A DNA stretch of 64,000 nt from Fibrobacteria bacterium (GCA_050294405.1 JBNKOC010000031.1:1-64000); one strand, 5' to 3'; shown: positions 20,871-30,252, counted from the first letter of the stretch. Notes: a model not told the origin generated them from the sequence alone. Numbers and translations are program-made.

Positions 20871-21094
20871 TTAATTGAATAGGGGTATTCAATCAAAAAT
20901 TTTGGCTAGTTCAAGGCCCTTTGTTGTTCTTCACGTCCAGGCAGAACACCCCTTCCTTTGGCACCCAACTCTATACATCCCGGGGTGTTTCTGCCCTGGA
21001 GAAGACCTTCGTTAGCAGAAAAATTTTAGGGGTGATGCCTTTGGTTTTTTCCAAAGGCAAAAAAAAGGCGGACAGTGGGGCTGTCCGCTCTTTT
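20871..21094 (+). ncRNA. Candidate structured non-coding RNA (long rod plus hairpins)
   Basis: Lies between a sigma54 motif and a terminator hairpin. Contains hairpin 20874-20893, interrupted rod 20896-21027 and hairpin 21036-21059. No convincing ORF. Confidence 0.4.
21059..21094. terminator. Bidirectional rho-independent terminator
   Basis: A8 run, then GCGGACAG-TGGGG-CTGTCCGC (perfect 8-bp stem), then TCTTTT. The U8 tail is on the minus strand. Confidence 0.7.
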
Positions 21095-21146
21095 AAGGTT
21101 GCACGAGTAAAAAATCTTTAGTGTTCAATAAAAAGTATCAGATATT
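21059..21146 (-). ncRNA. Candidate ~88-nt sigma54-dependent small RNA
   Basis: Bounded by a near-consensus sigma54 promoter (predicted +1 near 21146) and a strong terminator with U8. No ORF. Confidence 0.5.
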
Positions 21147-21156
21147 TATTCACTAT

Positions 21157-21172
21157 TGCAATCCAGATGCCA
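21157..21172 (-). promoter_or_regulatory. Putative sigma54 (RpoN) -24/-12 promoter
   Basis: Minus strand reads TGGCATCTGGATTGCA, matching TGGCAY-N5-TTGCW with exact spacing. Confidence 0.6.
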
Positions 21173-21340
21173 ATGAAAAAATGCCCTTTTATTAGAAAAA
21201 AACGCAATTTTTGAAATACTGAGAAGCTTTTTGCGCAGTTTAAACCCCTTAGTTTTGCGCATTTGTCGGGTCATTTAACTGGAAAAAGCCCCTAAAAATG
21301 ACTAAACTAAAAAATCTAAAGGGTTGGTATTTTGAAAAAC

Positions 21341-22678
21341 ATGAAACTCATTCTTTTGCTCCTTAGTTTTGGGGCTTGGGCAAATCCAAAGGTTGAGTTG
21401 AATATTTTACTCAAAATGCTTCCTGAGCAAAAAACCTATTATCAGAGCCATATTTTTCCAGTTTTTGAAAAGAAAGAACAATGCAAAATCAATTTGTTCG
21501 ATTACCGGGACAATTGGGATTTAAATGATTCCTTAAAATCTCCGGGTATTTTTGATTTGGTTAAAGTGCCCATGGGCATGTCTCAAAAATTAGTTGAAGA
21601 AAATTTGCTTTTGCCCTTTGAGTCCTTTGCGGATTCCCAAAATTTGTCGAAAATATCGGAATCTTATTTTTTATCCGGCCTTGGGATATTCAGAGATAGC
21701 CTCTTTTATCTGCCAAGAAAATTTGAAACCCGCATTATGGTGTTTTTAAAAACCAAAGTAAACGATGCCCAGGTAAATTGGCAAAAACATAAAAGTGAAA
21801 TTAATGAAAGTTTAAAAAAATCTAACCACAATGGCCTTCCTCCTGACTATGTATTAGAATTAGACCCTTCAGAATGGGATTGGTTTGACTTATATGTTGT
21901 AGGGTATTATTGGAAATTAAAATCCAACGGAATAGGTAAGATTGCCCACAGAGGCAAAGATTACAGCGGGACTGCACTGGGGCTAATGGACAGAATGTAT
22001 TCCATGGGCGCCAATGATTCTGAAGTCCTAAAAGGCGCTAAACCTTATATCACTGAAGTCTTAAAATGGGAATCTCTTTTTGTATCCAATAACATTTACA
22101 ACTATAAAATGTGGACAGAGGCCTGGGATGGGGAAGATTTGTGGGAAAATATGGGTAAAGGAGAAGTCTACCTAACTTTTTTAACGCAAATTGATTCCTA
22201 TTTTTTACAGGGAAGCGGGAATAAAAAATATTTGACATCTGTGGATGAGTTGGGATTTTCCGTTATGCCTAGCTCTGTGGAATTGCAGAATTACGATACC
22301 CGGTTTAAGCGGATTACCACTGGTGGCTGGTTTTGGGGGATTCCTAAAAAATCCAGGAGTCCAGGGCTCGCTCTAAAATTAATTGAATATATGACTTCCA
22401 GCGAAATTCAATTGAAAGAACTCAATAACTTTGGAATGATTCCTGTTAAAAAGGATATTTTAATGCAACCAAACATAGGGCTGGATGCTAAATGGAAAAG
22501 TAAGGTCTTTCAAACATCCTTCAAGCAATTGCAGTTGAATAAAAAAACCAGATTACCCGCCAGCAATCAATTGGAAGAATTAGAAAAGGAATATGTGAAA
22601 ATGTGGAAAACAGTGGTTGTGGGATCTGTGGATAGCTATCTTACGGAAGGTGACATTTTAAAATTAATTGGCAAATGA
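21341..22678 (+). CDS. Extracellular solute-binding protein (sugar-SBP-like family)
   Basis: Signal peptide; SBP-like segments FYLPRKFE, WDWFDL, TGGWFWGIPKKS...ALKLIEYMTS...GMIPVKK. Confidence 0.7.
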   Translation: MKLILLLLSFGAWANPKVELNILLKMLPEQKTYYQSHIFPVFEKKEQCKINLFDYRDNWDLNDSLKSPGIFDLVKVPMGMSQKLVEENLLLPFESFADSQNLSKISESYFLSGLGIFRDSLFYLPRKFETRIMVFLKTKVNDAQVNWQKHKSEINESLKKSNHNGLPPDYVLELDPSEWDWFDLYVVGYYWKLKSNGIGKIAHRGKDYSGTALGLMDRMYSMGANDSEVLKGAKPYITEVLKWESLFVSNNIYNYKMWTEAWDGEDLWENMGKGEVYLTFLTQIDSYFLQGSGNKKYLTSVDELGFSVMPSSVELQNYDTRFKRITTGGWFWGIPKKSRSPGLALKLIEYMTSSEIQLKELNNFGMIPVKKDILMQPNIGLDAKWKSKVFQTSFKQLQLNKKTRLPASNQLEELEKEYVKMWKTVVVGSVDSYLTEGDILKLIGK

Positions 22679-22998
22679 GTCGGCAAAAACCAAAACTAAT
22701 TAACGGCTGGACTGTGCTTGTAATGTCCAATGAAATAAATTACGAAGGTTGCATCCGGCTAAAACAACAAATTGAGCAACTTTGCCAACAGGGTGTGGAA
22801 AAAGTCGCTCTGGATTTAACGGAAGTTCGTTTTGTGGGAAGTTTGGCCCTCGGCATTTTTTCTTTTGGAAAAAAGTTAATCGACAACCAAGGGGGACGTT
22901 TTTGTTTAGTCGGTCCTAACCCAGCTATTCGGCAAACTTTAAACGCCACCCAAATGTCTAAAATAATACCTATTGTATCCAGTTCCCAAGAGCTTTAG
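22675..22998 (+). CDS. STAS domain protein (anti-sigma factor antagonist-like)
   Basis: VALDLTEVRFVGSLALG resembles the STAS motif DLSxVxFxDSxGLG. 107 aa. ATGA overlap with the SBP gene. Confidence 0.82.
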   Translation: MSRQKPKLINGWTVLVMSNEINYEGCIRLKQQIEQLCQQGVEKVALDLTEVRFVGSLALGIFSFGKKLIDNQGGRFCLVGPNPAIRQTLNATQMSKIIPIVSSSQEL

Positions 22999-24722
22999 CC
23001 TTCCCAAATGTTATGTTGCTCCAACTGCCTTAAAAATATTTCAGTCATTTCGCTCATAAAGGCAGGTTCATAACGGTGGTCAAATACATAGGCCTTTAAA
23101 CGCATTTTGAGCAGAGATTTTCCTTGGTGGATTTCATTTTTGAAAATAACGGCGATAGGCTTCTTTAAATAAATATATCTGGATATACCTGCGCTTTTAA
23201 TGGCCATGGCTTTTATTTTTGCCAAGTCCACATTTAAGGGAAGGTAAAATTCAGCCACCACTTGGCAATCGTGCTCTCCAGAGTTCGAATTGGACAGCGA
23301 GCTGTTCATAAGTTCACTGTTAGGTATTGCAATCATACTATCATCAGCGGTTTGCAACCGGGTGGTGCGGATGCCGATGGATGTTACCTCTCCGTAATAT
23401 TTGCCGATTTCAATTTTATCTCCCACAGTAAATGGCCTGTCCATTAAAATGACGATACCGCCGAAAATGTTCTTTAATATATCTTGCGAGGAGATACCCA
23501 CGGCGAGGCCCACCGAGGCAGTCATGGCTAAAATCGTTTCAATTGGGGGGTGTAGGATTCCAGCAATGATAATATACAGAATAAACGCCCAACCTAAAAT
23601 TCGAAAGATAGGGAGAAGGCCTTTTATTTGGATTCGATAAGCCGCCCAGTTTTCCGCCAACAGGTTGAATATTTTGGTTATGTATCGAATAATAAACAGA
23701 CCAATAAAAAAGGTCAAAATAGCCCAGAGAATTTTTCCCACGGATAGTTTCCAGGGAATATTGGGAACATCCTGAGTTAATTTGCTTTTTAACTGAGTAA
23801 TAACATCAGCTTCATTTTCAGGTGCCGCATTGTCTGAAGGCTGTGCCAGGCTGGAGACAGAAGCGATTGTATCTGGTTTGGCCTTTTTTACGCTATCTTT
23901 AGGAGATGTTTTTTTCTGAGCTGGTTCCCCTTTAACTACTTGAGAATCAGCTTTAAAGCGCTCTGGTTTTTTATAGGACTTTATGCTGTCCTTAATGGGA
24001 ATAGGCTTTTTTACCAGTTCCTCTTTAGGCATGGGTTGCAAGGAGGAGTCGGCCTTTTTTATGGATGAGGGAGAGCTTTTTTCCTTTTTAGGGTTCTCTT
24101 TGACGATTGCTGCTTTGTCCTTGGGAGGATTTTTGGGAAGAGCAGGTTTTGTTTTGGTAATAGCGGGTTCTGTTTTTTTAGACTCCGGCTTTTTAAAGGA
24201 CTTTATGCTGTCTTTAATGGGAATAGGTTTTTTTACCAATTCCTCTTTTGGCTTAGATACATTCTCTGCTTTTAAACTGTCTTTTTTTGGTTTTGGACTG
24301 GATGTTAAGGTTGACGGGCTATCTTTTGTTTTTGCGCTATCTTGAGCAATTGAGCTATCAGCTGATAGTTTTGCCGAGCTATCTTTAGCAAGGGTATCTG
24401 TTATAGCAGGGGTTAGCTGTTTAGGCGTTTTGGATAGGCGGATGGAGTCAAGTTGAAGGCTGTCTTTTGCGGAGCTTTGCTTCCATAGTAACGAGTCCCT
24501 GAGACTGTCTTTTGTGGTATCGGAAATTACAAGGGATTCAGGCTTAGTCTTTTTTTCCGCTATCAAGCTGTCGGCTTTGGAGGCTTGGACACTGTCTGGC
24601 TTTTGTATGGAGGAGCTATCAGAAATGTTATCCTGGGCAAGGACGGAACTCCATAGTATGCCCCATAAAACCAAGACTCTGGTAAACAGCAAAAATGGTT
24701 TTTTCATAGAAATTGTTTCCAT
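22995..24722 (-). CDS. MscS-family mechanosensitive channel with signal peptide and long low-complexity N-terminal extension
   Basis: C-terminal MscS core (QDILKNIFGGIVILMDRPFTVGDKI...IGIRTT...IPNS). About 270 aa of K/S/D/P-rich N-terminal sequence. TGATG overlap with the upstream gene. Confidence 0.85.
   Translation of the reverse strand: METISMKKPFLLFTRVLVLWGILWSSVLAQDNISDSSSIQKPDSVQASKADSLIAEKKTKPESLVISDTTKDSLRDSLLWKQSSAKDSLQLDSIRLSKTPKQLTPAITDTLAKDSSAKLSADSSIAQDSAKTKDSPSTLTSSPKPKKDSLKAENVSKPKEELVKKPIPIKDSIKSFKKPESKKTEPAITKTKPALPKNPPKDKAAIVKENPKKEKSSPSSIKKADSSLQPMPKEELVKKPIPIKDSIKSYKKPERFKADSQVVKGEPAQKKTSPKDSVKKAKPDTIASVSSLAQPSDNAAPENEADVITQLKSKLTQDVPNIPWKLSVGKILWAILTFFIGLFIIRYITKIFNLLAENWAAYRIQIKGLLPIFRILGWAFILYIIIAGILHPPIETILAMTASVGLAVGISSQDILKNIFGGIVILMDRPFTVGDKIEIGKYYGEVTSIGIRTTRLQTADDSMIAIPNSELMNSSLSNSNSGEHDCQVVAEFYLPLNVDLAKIKAMAIKSAGISRYIYLKKPIAVIFKNEIHQGKSLLKMRLKAYVFDHRYEPAFMSEMTEIFLRQLEQHNIWEG
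23961..24252. repeat. Intragenic 70-bp direct repeat (copies 23961-24030 and 24183-24252)
   Basis: 63/70 identical by manual alignment. Encodes PKEELVKKPIPIKDSIKS[F/Y]KKPE twice. Confidence 0.9.
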
Positions 24723-27700
24723 CAATCACTCAATAGTAAGTGTTTTTCCATTAATATTTTTATGAGAGCCCTGTATAGGAAAAAATGCAACTCATAGCGG
24801 TCATTTTGAACATACAAAATTCCCAGGTCGGCCAATTTCCTTAATTGAACCTGGCTTTTACTTGGATCTTGCCGGAAAATCAGGGCATGTTCTTTGGACG
24901 ATAAACTTACATGCTGTACCAAGGCTGCCAGGGTAAACAGTTGCTCGGAGGACAATAGATAAATCAAGTTCTTATCCAGTGACAGCTCGGACTGAATAAA
25001 CAATTTTTCCTTTTCAATTTTGGCAATAGATCGGAGCCAGTAAAAAATGGCAACACTGATGTTACCATCTGAAACGGAACCCAGTTTTTTCAAAAATTCT
25101 TTTTTTAATGCCTCTTGAGTTTCTTTTTTCCATTTCTCCCAAAGATTTTTTTTTCTCACTTCTGTTAAGAAATTTAATTGGAATCCTGTTAAGGAATGCC
25201 GGGAATCAATCAGCTTTTCCAGTTCCACAATGTTTAGTTTTTCTACTTGCAAAACTTCTTTGAAAGCGGAAGCCAACTGCAAGATGGGGTCTTGCAGTTT
25301 CCAACTGTAGATATTGCATGTTATTATCCAGAATACTTTGCTTTCGGTTTGGCTGATAAAAGATTGAAGCTTTTCAATTAGGGCTACTCCTTCAAGAGTT
25401 CTTAGAAACAACAAATGAAAATCTTCAATAATACAAATAACTCTTTCTTCCCGAGCCAGAATTTTTTGTGCTAACCCTTCCAGATTTATGTTTTGAGCCG
25501 TAATATCCAAATCTGAGAAAAAATTCACTAAATCGTTTTCGTTGTTTATTCCTCTTTTGGCCAATAGCCTGAATTGTTTTTCTTTTGGGGCAATGCGTTC
25601 CAATTCAATATTTAAAAAGGATGTTAGCCCACAGCCTTTTTCTCCTGCTATGGCAGTTGCTCCCAGTTGCCCTTTTTGCCATCCGGTATAATTGTTAAGT
25701 AATTTTTGAGCCTCTTCTTTGCGTTCCAGATAAAGGCGTTCATTCTCCAAGGCGCTAAACTTGAATACGGTTTTGTATATATAAGGAAGATCTGAAATTT
25801 GTTTGGCGGTATCCCTTAGATAATCGTTTAACCCGCCAGTCCCATCGTTTGCTATGTTCTCCAATCGGGAAACTTTTTTAGCTTGGGTGAAAACAGAGGC
25901 TATTTTGTTCCAGGTGCTGGCGCCGGCTATTAGGGATTTACGACGCAGACGAATGTATTTTCTACCCCATTTTACCCGATAAAAATTGGATCTTTCTGTA
26001 ATGTTGGATTGGGAGCTCGCAATAAAATGTCTAAACAATTGGTCTTGGTTTTGTAATTTTAAAAGCAATTCCAAAAATTGATTTAGCTCATTTACAACAA
26101 TGTTTCCCCAATCGTCTTCTTCTTTTTCAATTTGTAGCTTAATGTCATTGGTAATAGCTTCTATTCTGTGTATGCCATCTATGATGTTTGCAATTAACTC
26201 CAGTTGTTGCTCTTCAAGCTTATCCTGAATGTTAGACGAAACTTCCAGGTTGAACTCCAGAACATCGATTAGCTTTACCAGGGATTCGCAAAACTTAGCT
26301 TTTTTCTTATTTAAATCGGCAATAGTGTTTTGCAAATTTTTGGAATATTTTTTCAGACCTTGATAGCTAATAGTGCTTTGTAAATTGACTTCTACTTCTT
26401 TGAAAAGGGGAATGCCGGATTTAACCCGCCTTAATTTTACCAACTGGAAAGGTTGGGCAACCTGGGCTTTTAGCGATTCCATTTTTTCAATGTTAGTATG
26501 AATAGGGGATGCAATTTCAGTGGCCACAATTTGGTTTACAAATTGATTTATTTGCCATTTAAAATGGGCAAATCCATTAGCCCTTAATTGAAGGATTAGC
26601 TGTTCGAGCTGGAAGTCGCTTCCTTTAGCAGACTCCACATTGCTTTTCATGTTGTTTAAAGTTTCGTTGACCTGAGCGATGAGTTGCCGGCCCGGAATTC
26701 CTATTCTGTTTTTATAAGGGTTTCCCAAATTTTCGTAATGGTAACAAGATTCAAATAAAATGGATTGGAGCACCAAATCTTTTTTCCATTCATTGACTCT
26801 AAATTTCCAAAAATTTTTCCAGCCAGATTTTTGAAGTTGCAAGGTCTTTTGCAGCCTACGCCAATTTTTTAAATACCTTCTTTTTATAATTCTGGGTGCT
26901 AACAATCCCGCACTGGACAATTGGTACTGATATTGGAAAAATATTTTTCTTCCATCTGCTTCTTTGTCAATTTGCTCTTTGATTTTTTTATTGAAATTAA
27001 GGGCCTCATCTTCCAACAAAACAATCTGTGATTTTTGTTCCCCAATCCAGGTTTGTATTTTTGAGAAAAAACTTTCGGATTTATTTTGCAGGGCCATGTT
27101 CCAATTGCCAATGGCATCTTGCAGTTTAAGGGCCTGGCTGTCCCAATGTTCTGACAGAGAAAGGCTGTGTTTGCGCACCTGAACAATGAGAGGAATACTA
27201 ACATATAGTCCAGCGAATTCCCGGGCAGGCACGGGATAGCGTAAAATAAGGCGTGTGTTTTTATTTTTGGAAAAAACCAGAATTTTTTTCCAGGTTTTAA
27301 ACAGCCCAAGTTTAATCCCATAAAAAAATCGACTTTTAAGCTTTTTGAATTTTTGCCACCAATTATCCATTGGGCTAGGTTTTAGCCACTCGGGATTAAA
27401 AACAGGTTTGGTTTCCAGTGGCCAGTTCGAAACTTCTTTCAATATCGGAGCACCAACATTGGATTCAGCCAGGGAAAGTAAATCAAAAGGATAAGCTGAA
27501 GTATCCACCCAATGGTTGAGTTGGTTTATAAGATCTTGTGAGAGGCTGTACCAATTACTTGGTTCAATTGAACTTAACTTATTCTCGAGGTCTTCTATTA
27601 CATTTTTGTAGCTATTTAAAGGCTTTTGAGTCTCCTCAAAGAATTTCTCCCATAATGTTTTCAGATGTTCCCTAAGTTGGGCAAAGTATTCCTCAAGCTC

Positions 27701-27724
27701 AAAATTGTCAGGACCGGAATTCAT
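24722..27724 (-). CDS. Large helical protein with C-terminal degenerate P-loop NTPase and winged-helix-like tail
   Basis: Walker A-like GEKGCGLTS (Lys replaced by Leu) and Walker B-like ICIIEDFH. Sits between two mscS genes. Confidence 0.6.
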   Translation of the reverse strand: MNSGPDNFELEEYFAQLREHLKTLWEKFFEETQKPLNSYKNVIEDLENKLSSIEPSNWYSLSQDLINQLNHWVDTSAYPFDLLSLAESNVGAPILKEVSNWPLETKPVFNPEWLKPSPMDNWWQKFKKLKSRFFYGIKLGLFKTWKKILVFSKNKNTRLILRYPVPAREFAGLYVSIPLIVQVRKHSLSLSEHWDSQALKLQDAIGNWNMALQNKSESFFSKIQTWIGEQKSQIVLLEDEALNFNKKIKEQIDKEADGRKIFFQYQYQLSSAGLLAPRIIKRRYLKNWRRLQKTLQLQKSGWKNFWKFRVNEWKKDLVLQSILFESCYHYENLGNPYKNRIGIPGRQLIAQVNETLNNMKSNVESAKGSDFQLEQLILQLRANGFAHFKWQINQFVNQIVATEIASPIHTNIEKMESLKAQVAQPFQLVKLRRVKSGIPLFKEVEVNLQSTISYQGLKKYSKNLQNTIADLNKKKAKFCESLVKLIDVLEFNLEVSSNIQDKLEEQQLELIANIIDGIHRIEAITNDIKLQIEKEEDDWGNIVVNELNQFLELLLKLQNQDQLFRHFIASSQSNITERSNFYRVKWGRKYIRLRRKSLIAGASTWNKIASVFTQAKKVSRLENIANDGTGGLNDYLRDTAKQISDLPYIYKTVFKFSALENERLYLERKEEAQKLLNNYTGWQKGQLGATAIAGEKGCGLTSFLNIELERIAPKEKQFRLLAKRGINNENDLVNFFSDLDITAQNINLEGLAQKILAREERVICIIEDFHLLFLRTLEGVALIEKLQSFISQTESKVFWIITCNIYSWKLQDPILQLASAFKEVLQVEKLNIVELEKLIDSRHSLTGFQLNFLTEVRKKNLWEKWKKETQEALKKEFLKKLGSVSDGNISVAIFYWLRSIAKIEKEKLFIQSELSLDKNLIYLLSSEQLFTLAALVQHVSLSSKEHALIFRQDPSKSQVQLRKLADLGILYVQNDRYELHFFLYRALIKILMEKHLLLSD

Positions 27725-27735
27725 GAAAAAAAATA

Positions 27736-28623
27736 CTATTCCTTATTTGAAATTGGAACTGATGTGCCATCGGGCCAGGATTTTAAATATAAATCTCTTT
27801 GAGGAAAAGGTATGCTTATATTGTTTTCACGAAACTGTTTTTCGATGATAAAGCGTAAATCACTTTTGAGGTTTTCCACTCCAAAACTGTCTTCAGCCCA
27901 AAAAAATATTTGGAAATCCAGTGAGCTGTTGCCAAAATCAAGGAAACGCACAAAGGGTGAGGGAGAGGAGGCGATTTTTCCATGGTCTTCCGCACACTTC
28001 AATAATACTTTTCTTACCTTTGAAATATCTGAGCCATAGGCCACACCAACATTAACATGGAAGCGCGTCAGGTTTTCAGAATGGGACCAGTTTATTACCC
28101 TATCCACTACAAATTTTGAATTGGGAATAATAATGGTTATGTTGTCCCGGGTGCGAATTTGAGATGTGCGCAAACCAATAGAACGGATTCTCCCCACTGT
28201 TCCTTCAATCTCCACAACGTCGTTAATGTTAATGCTGCCTTCCCATAAAATTATTATGCCGGAAACGATGTCATTAAATGTTTGTTGAAGCCCAAGACCC
28301 ACTCCAACCAGCAGGGCAGCGGAGCCAGCAAGGAAAAAAGTGACCTTGACACCTATGGTGTCTAGAGCCATGATTATCATGAAAATCCAAATGAAATATT
28401 TCAGAATTTGAAATAAGGAGTACTCGCGGCCCCAGGCTGTGGTTTTTTTTCCGCCCCAGCGTCGGTTTAATAAGCGGGTGACAATAAATAATACTAGCCA
28501 GGTGGTAAAAATTATGGCAGAAACTAAAAGGAGGTGGTAGACAGACAACTTGATGTTTGCCACATCCAAAAGTTTAAACTCAAGTATTTTTTGCAGCCCC
28601 TTCAATTTGCCTCCAAAAAGCAT
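27736..28623 (-). CDS. MscS-family mechanosensitive channel
   Basis: GVGLGLQQTFNDIVSGIIILWE, IGLRTS, IIPNS, VGVAYGSD, IPFPQRDL. Confidence 0.92.
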   Translation of the reverse strand: MLFGGKLKGLQKILEFKLLDVANIKLSVYHLLLVSAIIFTTWLVLFIVTRLLNRRWGGKKTTAWGREYSLFQILKYFIWIFMIIMALDTIGVKVTFFLAGSAALLVGVGLGLQQTFNDIVSGIIILWEGSININDVVEIEGTVGRIRSIGLRTSQIRTRDNITIIIPNSKFVVDRVINWSHSENLTRFHVNVGVAYGSDISKVRKVLLKCAEDHGKIASSPSPFVRFLDFGNSSLDFQIFFWAEDSFGVENLKSDLRFIIEKQFRENNISIPFPQRDLYLKSWPDGTSVPISNKE

Positions 28624-28701
28624 AAAAATACATTTTTAGCAGGCTGATTTTCATAAAAAAGGGAAAGGGAACCGCTTCATTCCCGGAAAAAACGGTTTTT
28701 C

Positions 28702-30252
28702 TTAAGCGGGGAAAAACTTATCCAAAATTTCAACCAGGGATTCGATTCGCACTGGTTTTTCCAGAAAACCGTTCATGCCAACCTTTTGCGCTGATTCTTT
28801 ATCTGTCACCAACGCCGTAGCGGTCATAGCAACAATTGGAACCTGATGGCAAGGATTTGTTTCTTTTCTAATAAAGGCGGTGGTTTGGAGCCCGTCAATG
28901 CCTGGCATACGTATGTCCATTAAGATTAAGTCAAAAACTGTTTCTTTAGTAACATCAATGGCTTCAGCACCGTTGCTGGAAATGGTGACTTTCGATCCCA
29001 GATGCTCCAAAGTTTTCTTAATAATTTGCTGGTTTACTCTGTTATCTTCCACAACCAGAATATGCTTATGGTAATTTCTTTTTAATTCTTTTAAATTCAC
29101 CACTTTTTTAAGAAATTTTTTCTCGGTTTTTTCCAAGGGGACGATAAAAGAGAAAGTGGAACCCTGCCCCTGTTTGGAAGAGACTATAATATCACCCTTC
29201 ATTATTTGGGCTATGTTTTTACTTATGGAAAGGCCAAGGCCGGTCCCTTCGAAGGCGTGACTGGGTTGTTCCCCTAATTGAGAAAAGTTTTTAAATAATT
29301 TTGGAATGTCACTGGAATGGATGCCTATTCCCGTATCAATAACATCGAACCGACACATATAAGTATTTTCATTCTCCAATTTGTAACTCAAATGGATTTC
29401 AACTTTGCCCTTAGGAGTGAATTTAATAGCATTGGAGGCCAGGTTTAATAATATTTGCCTTATTCTTAAGGGATCTCCCACAAAAAATTTGGGTCCGCCT
29501 TCCGGTATTTTTATATTGAATTGCAAGCCTTTGTCTTCGGCATTGTAGCGCAACAATTTATATACATCGTGTACAATGTTTATTGGATCAATGGACATAA
29601 CGTCCAACTTCATTTGTCCCGATTCAATTTTGGAAAAATCTAAAATATCGTTTACTATGCGGATAAGGGAGCGGGTGGAATGGTGAATTATTTCTACGCA
29701 TTCTTTGTCTTCTGCTGATAATTCCGAACTCAAAAGCAAGTCTGTAGCTCCTAATATGCCATTCATAGGGGTGCGAATTTCATGGCTCATTGTCGATACA
29801 AAAATAGATTTGGCATCGCTCATTCCCTCTGCCTGCAATTTTTCCAAGCGCAGTTGTTTTTCCTGTTTAACCCTTTCACTGATGTCGATGTTGTAGTGGA
29901 ATAAACAGGGTTTTTCTTCTTTTTCCAGACTCAGCAGATGAGAGGATATGCAACTGTTAACATAAACACGTCCATCCGTCCCGTTGTGGCTGAGCTCTCC
30001 CTGCCAGTTTCCCTTTTCTTTAACTTGCTCCATGATTTGCGAAATGGAAGCTCCATTTGGGTCTGGTTTGGTAATTTCCCAATAGGGCAGGCCAAGCAAA
30101 TATTCCTGACTCCAACCCAATAAAGAAAGGGCGGCCACATTTGCGAATAAAATAAAATACTCGTTATCTGTCACAATTACTGGAAAATTCAGACCTTTCG
30201 AGCATTGAATCAGGGGGTGGGAATGGATAATATTTGCAAAACTCGTTGGCAT
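28702..30252 (-). CDS. PAS-domain hybrid sensor histidine kinase (PAS-HisKA-HATPase-REC)
   Basis: MSHEIRTPMN H-box, NLASNAIKFT N-box, DTGIG and GTGLGL G-boxes, receiver VEDN...LMDIRMP...KP. Confidence 0.93.
   Translation of the reverse strand: MPTSFANIIHSHPLIQCSKGLNFPVIVTDNEYFILFANVAALSLLGWSQEYLLGLPYWEITKPDPNGASISQIMEQVKEKGNWQGELSHNGTDGRVYVNSCISSHLLSLEKEEKPCLFHYNIDISERVKQEKQLRLEKLQAEGMSDAKSIFVSTMSHEIRTPMNGILGATDLLLSSELSAEDKECVEIIHHSTRSLIRIVNDILDFSKIESGQMKLDVMSIDPINIVHDVYKLLRYNAEDKGLQFNIKIPEGGPKFFVGDPLRIRQILLNLASNAIKFTPKGKVEIHLSYKLENENTYMCRFDVIDTGIGIHSSDIPKLFKNFSQLGEQPSHAFEGTGLGLSISKNIAQIMKGDIIVSSKQGQGSTFSFIVPLEKTEKKFLKKVVNLKELKRNYHKHILVVEDNRVNQQIIKKTLEHLGSKVTISSNGAEAIDVTKETVFDLILMDIRMPGIDGLQTTAFIRKETNPCHQVPIVAMTATALVTDKESAQKVGMNGFLEKPVRIESLVEILDKFFPA

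Noticed and set aside
20896..21027. Rod hairpin as SRP RNA or 6S RNA
   Set aside because: No SRP helix-8 GNRA/CAGG/AGCAG motif on either strand. It lacks the two-sided central bubble and the length expected for 6S.
20921..21121. 66-aa ORF across the structured intergenic region (possible type I toxin)
   Set aside because: TTG start without a good RBS, not hydrophobic, and it runs through three hairpins and a terminator.
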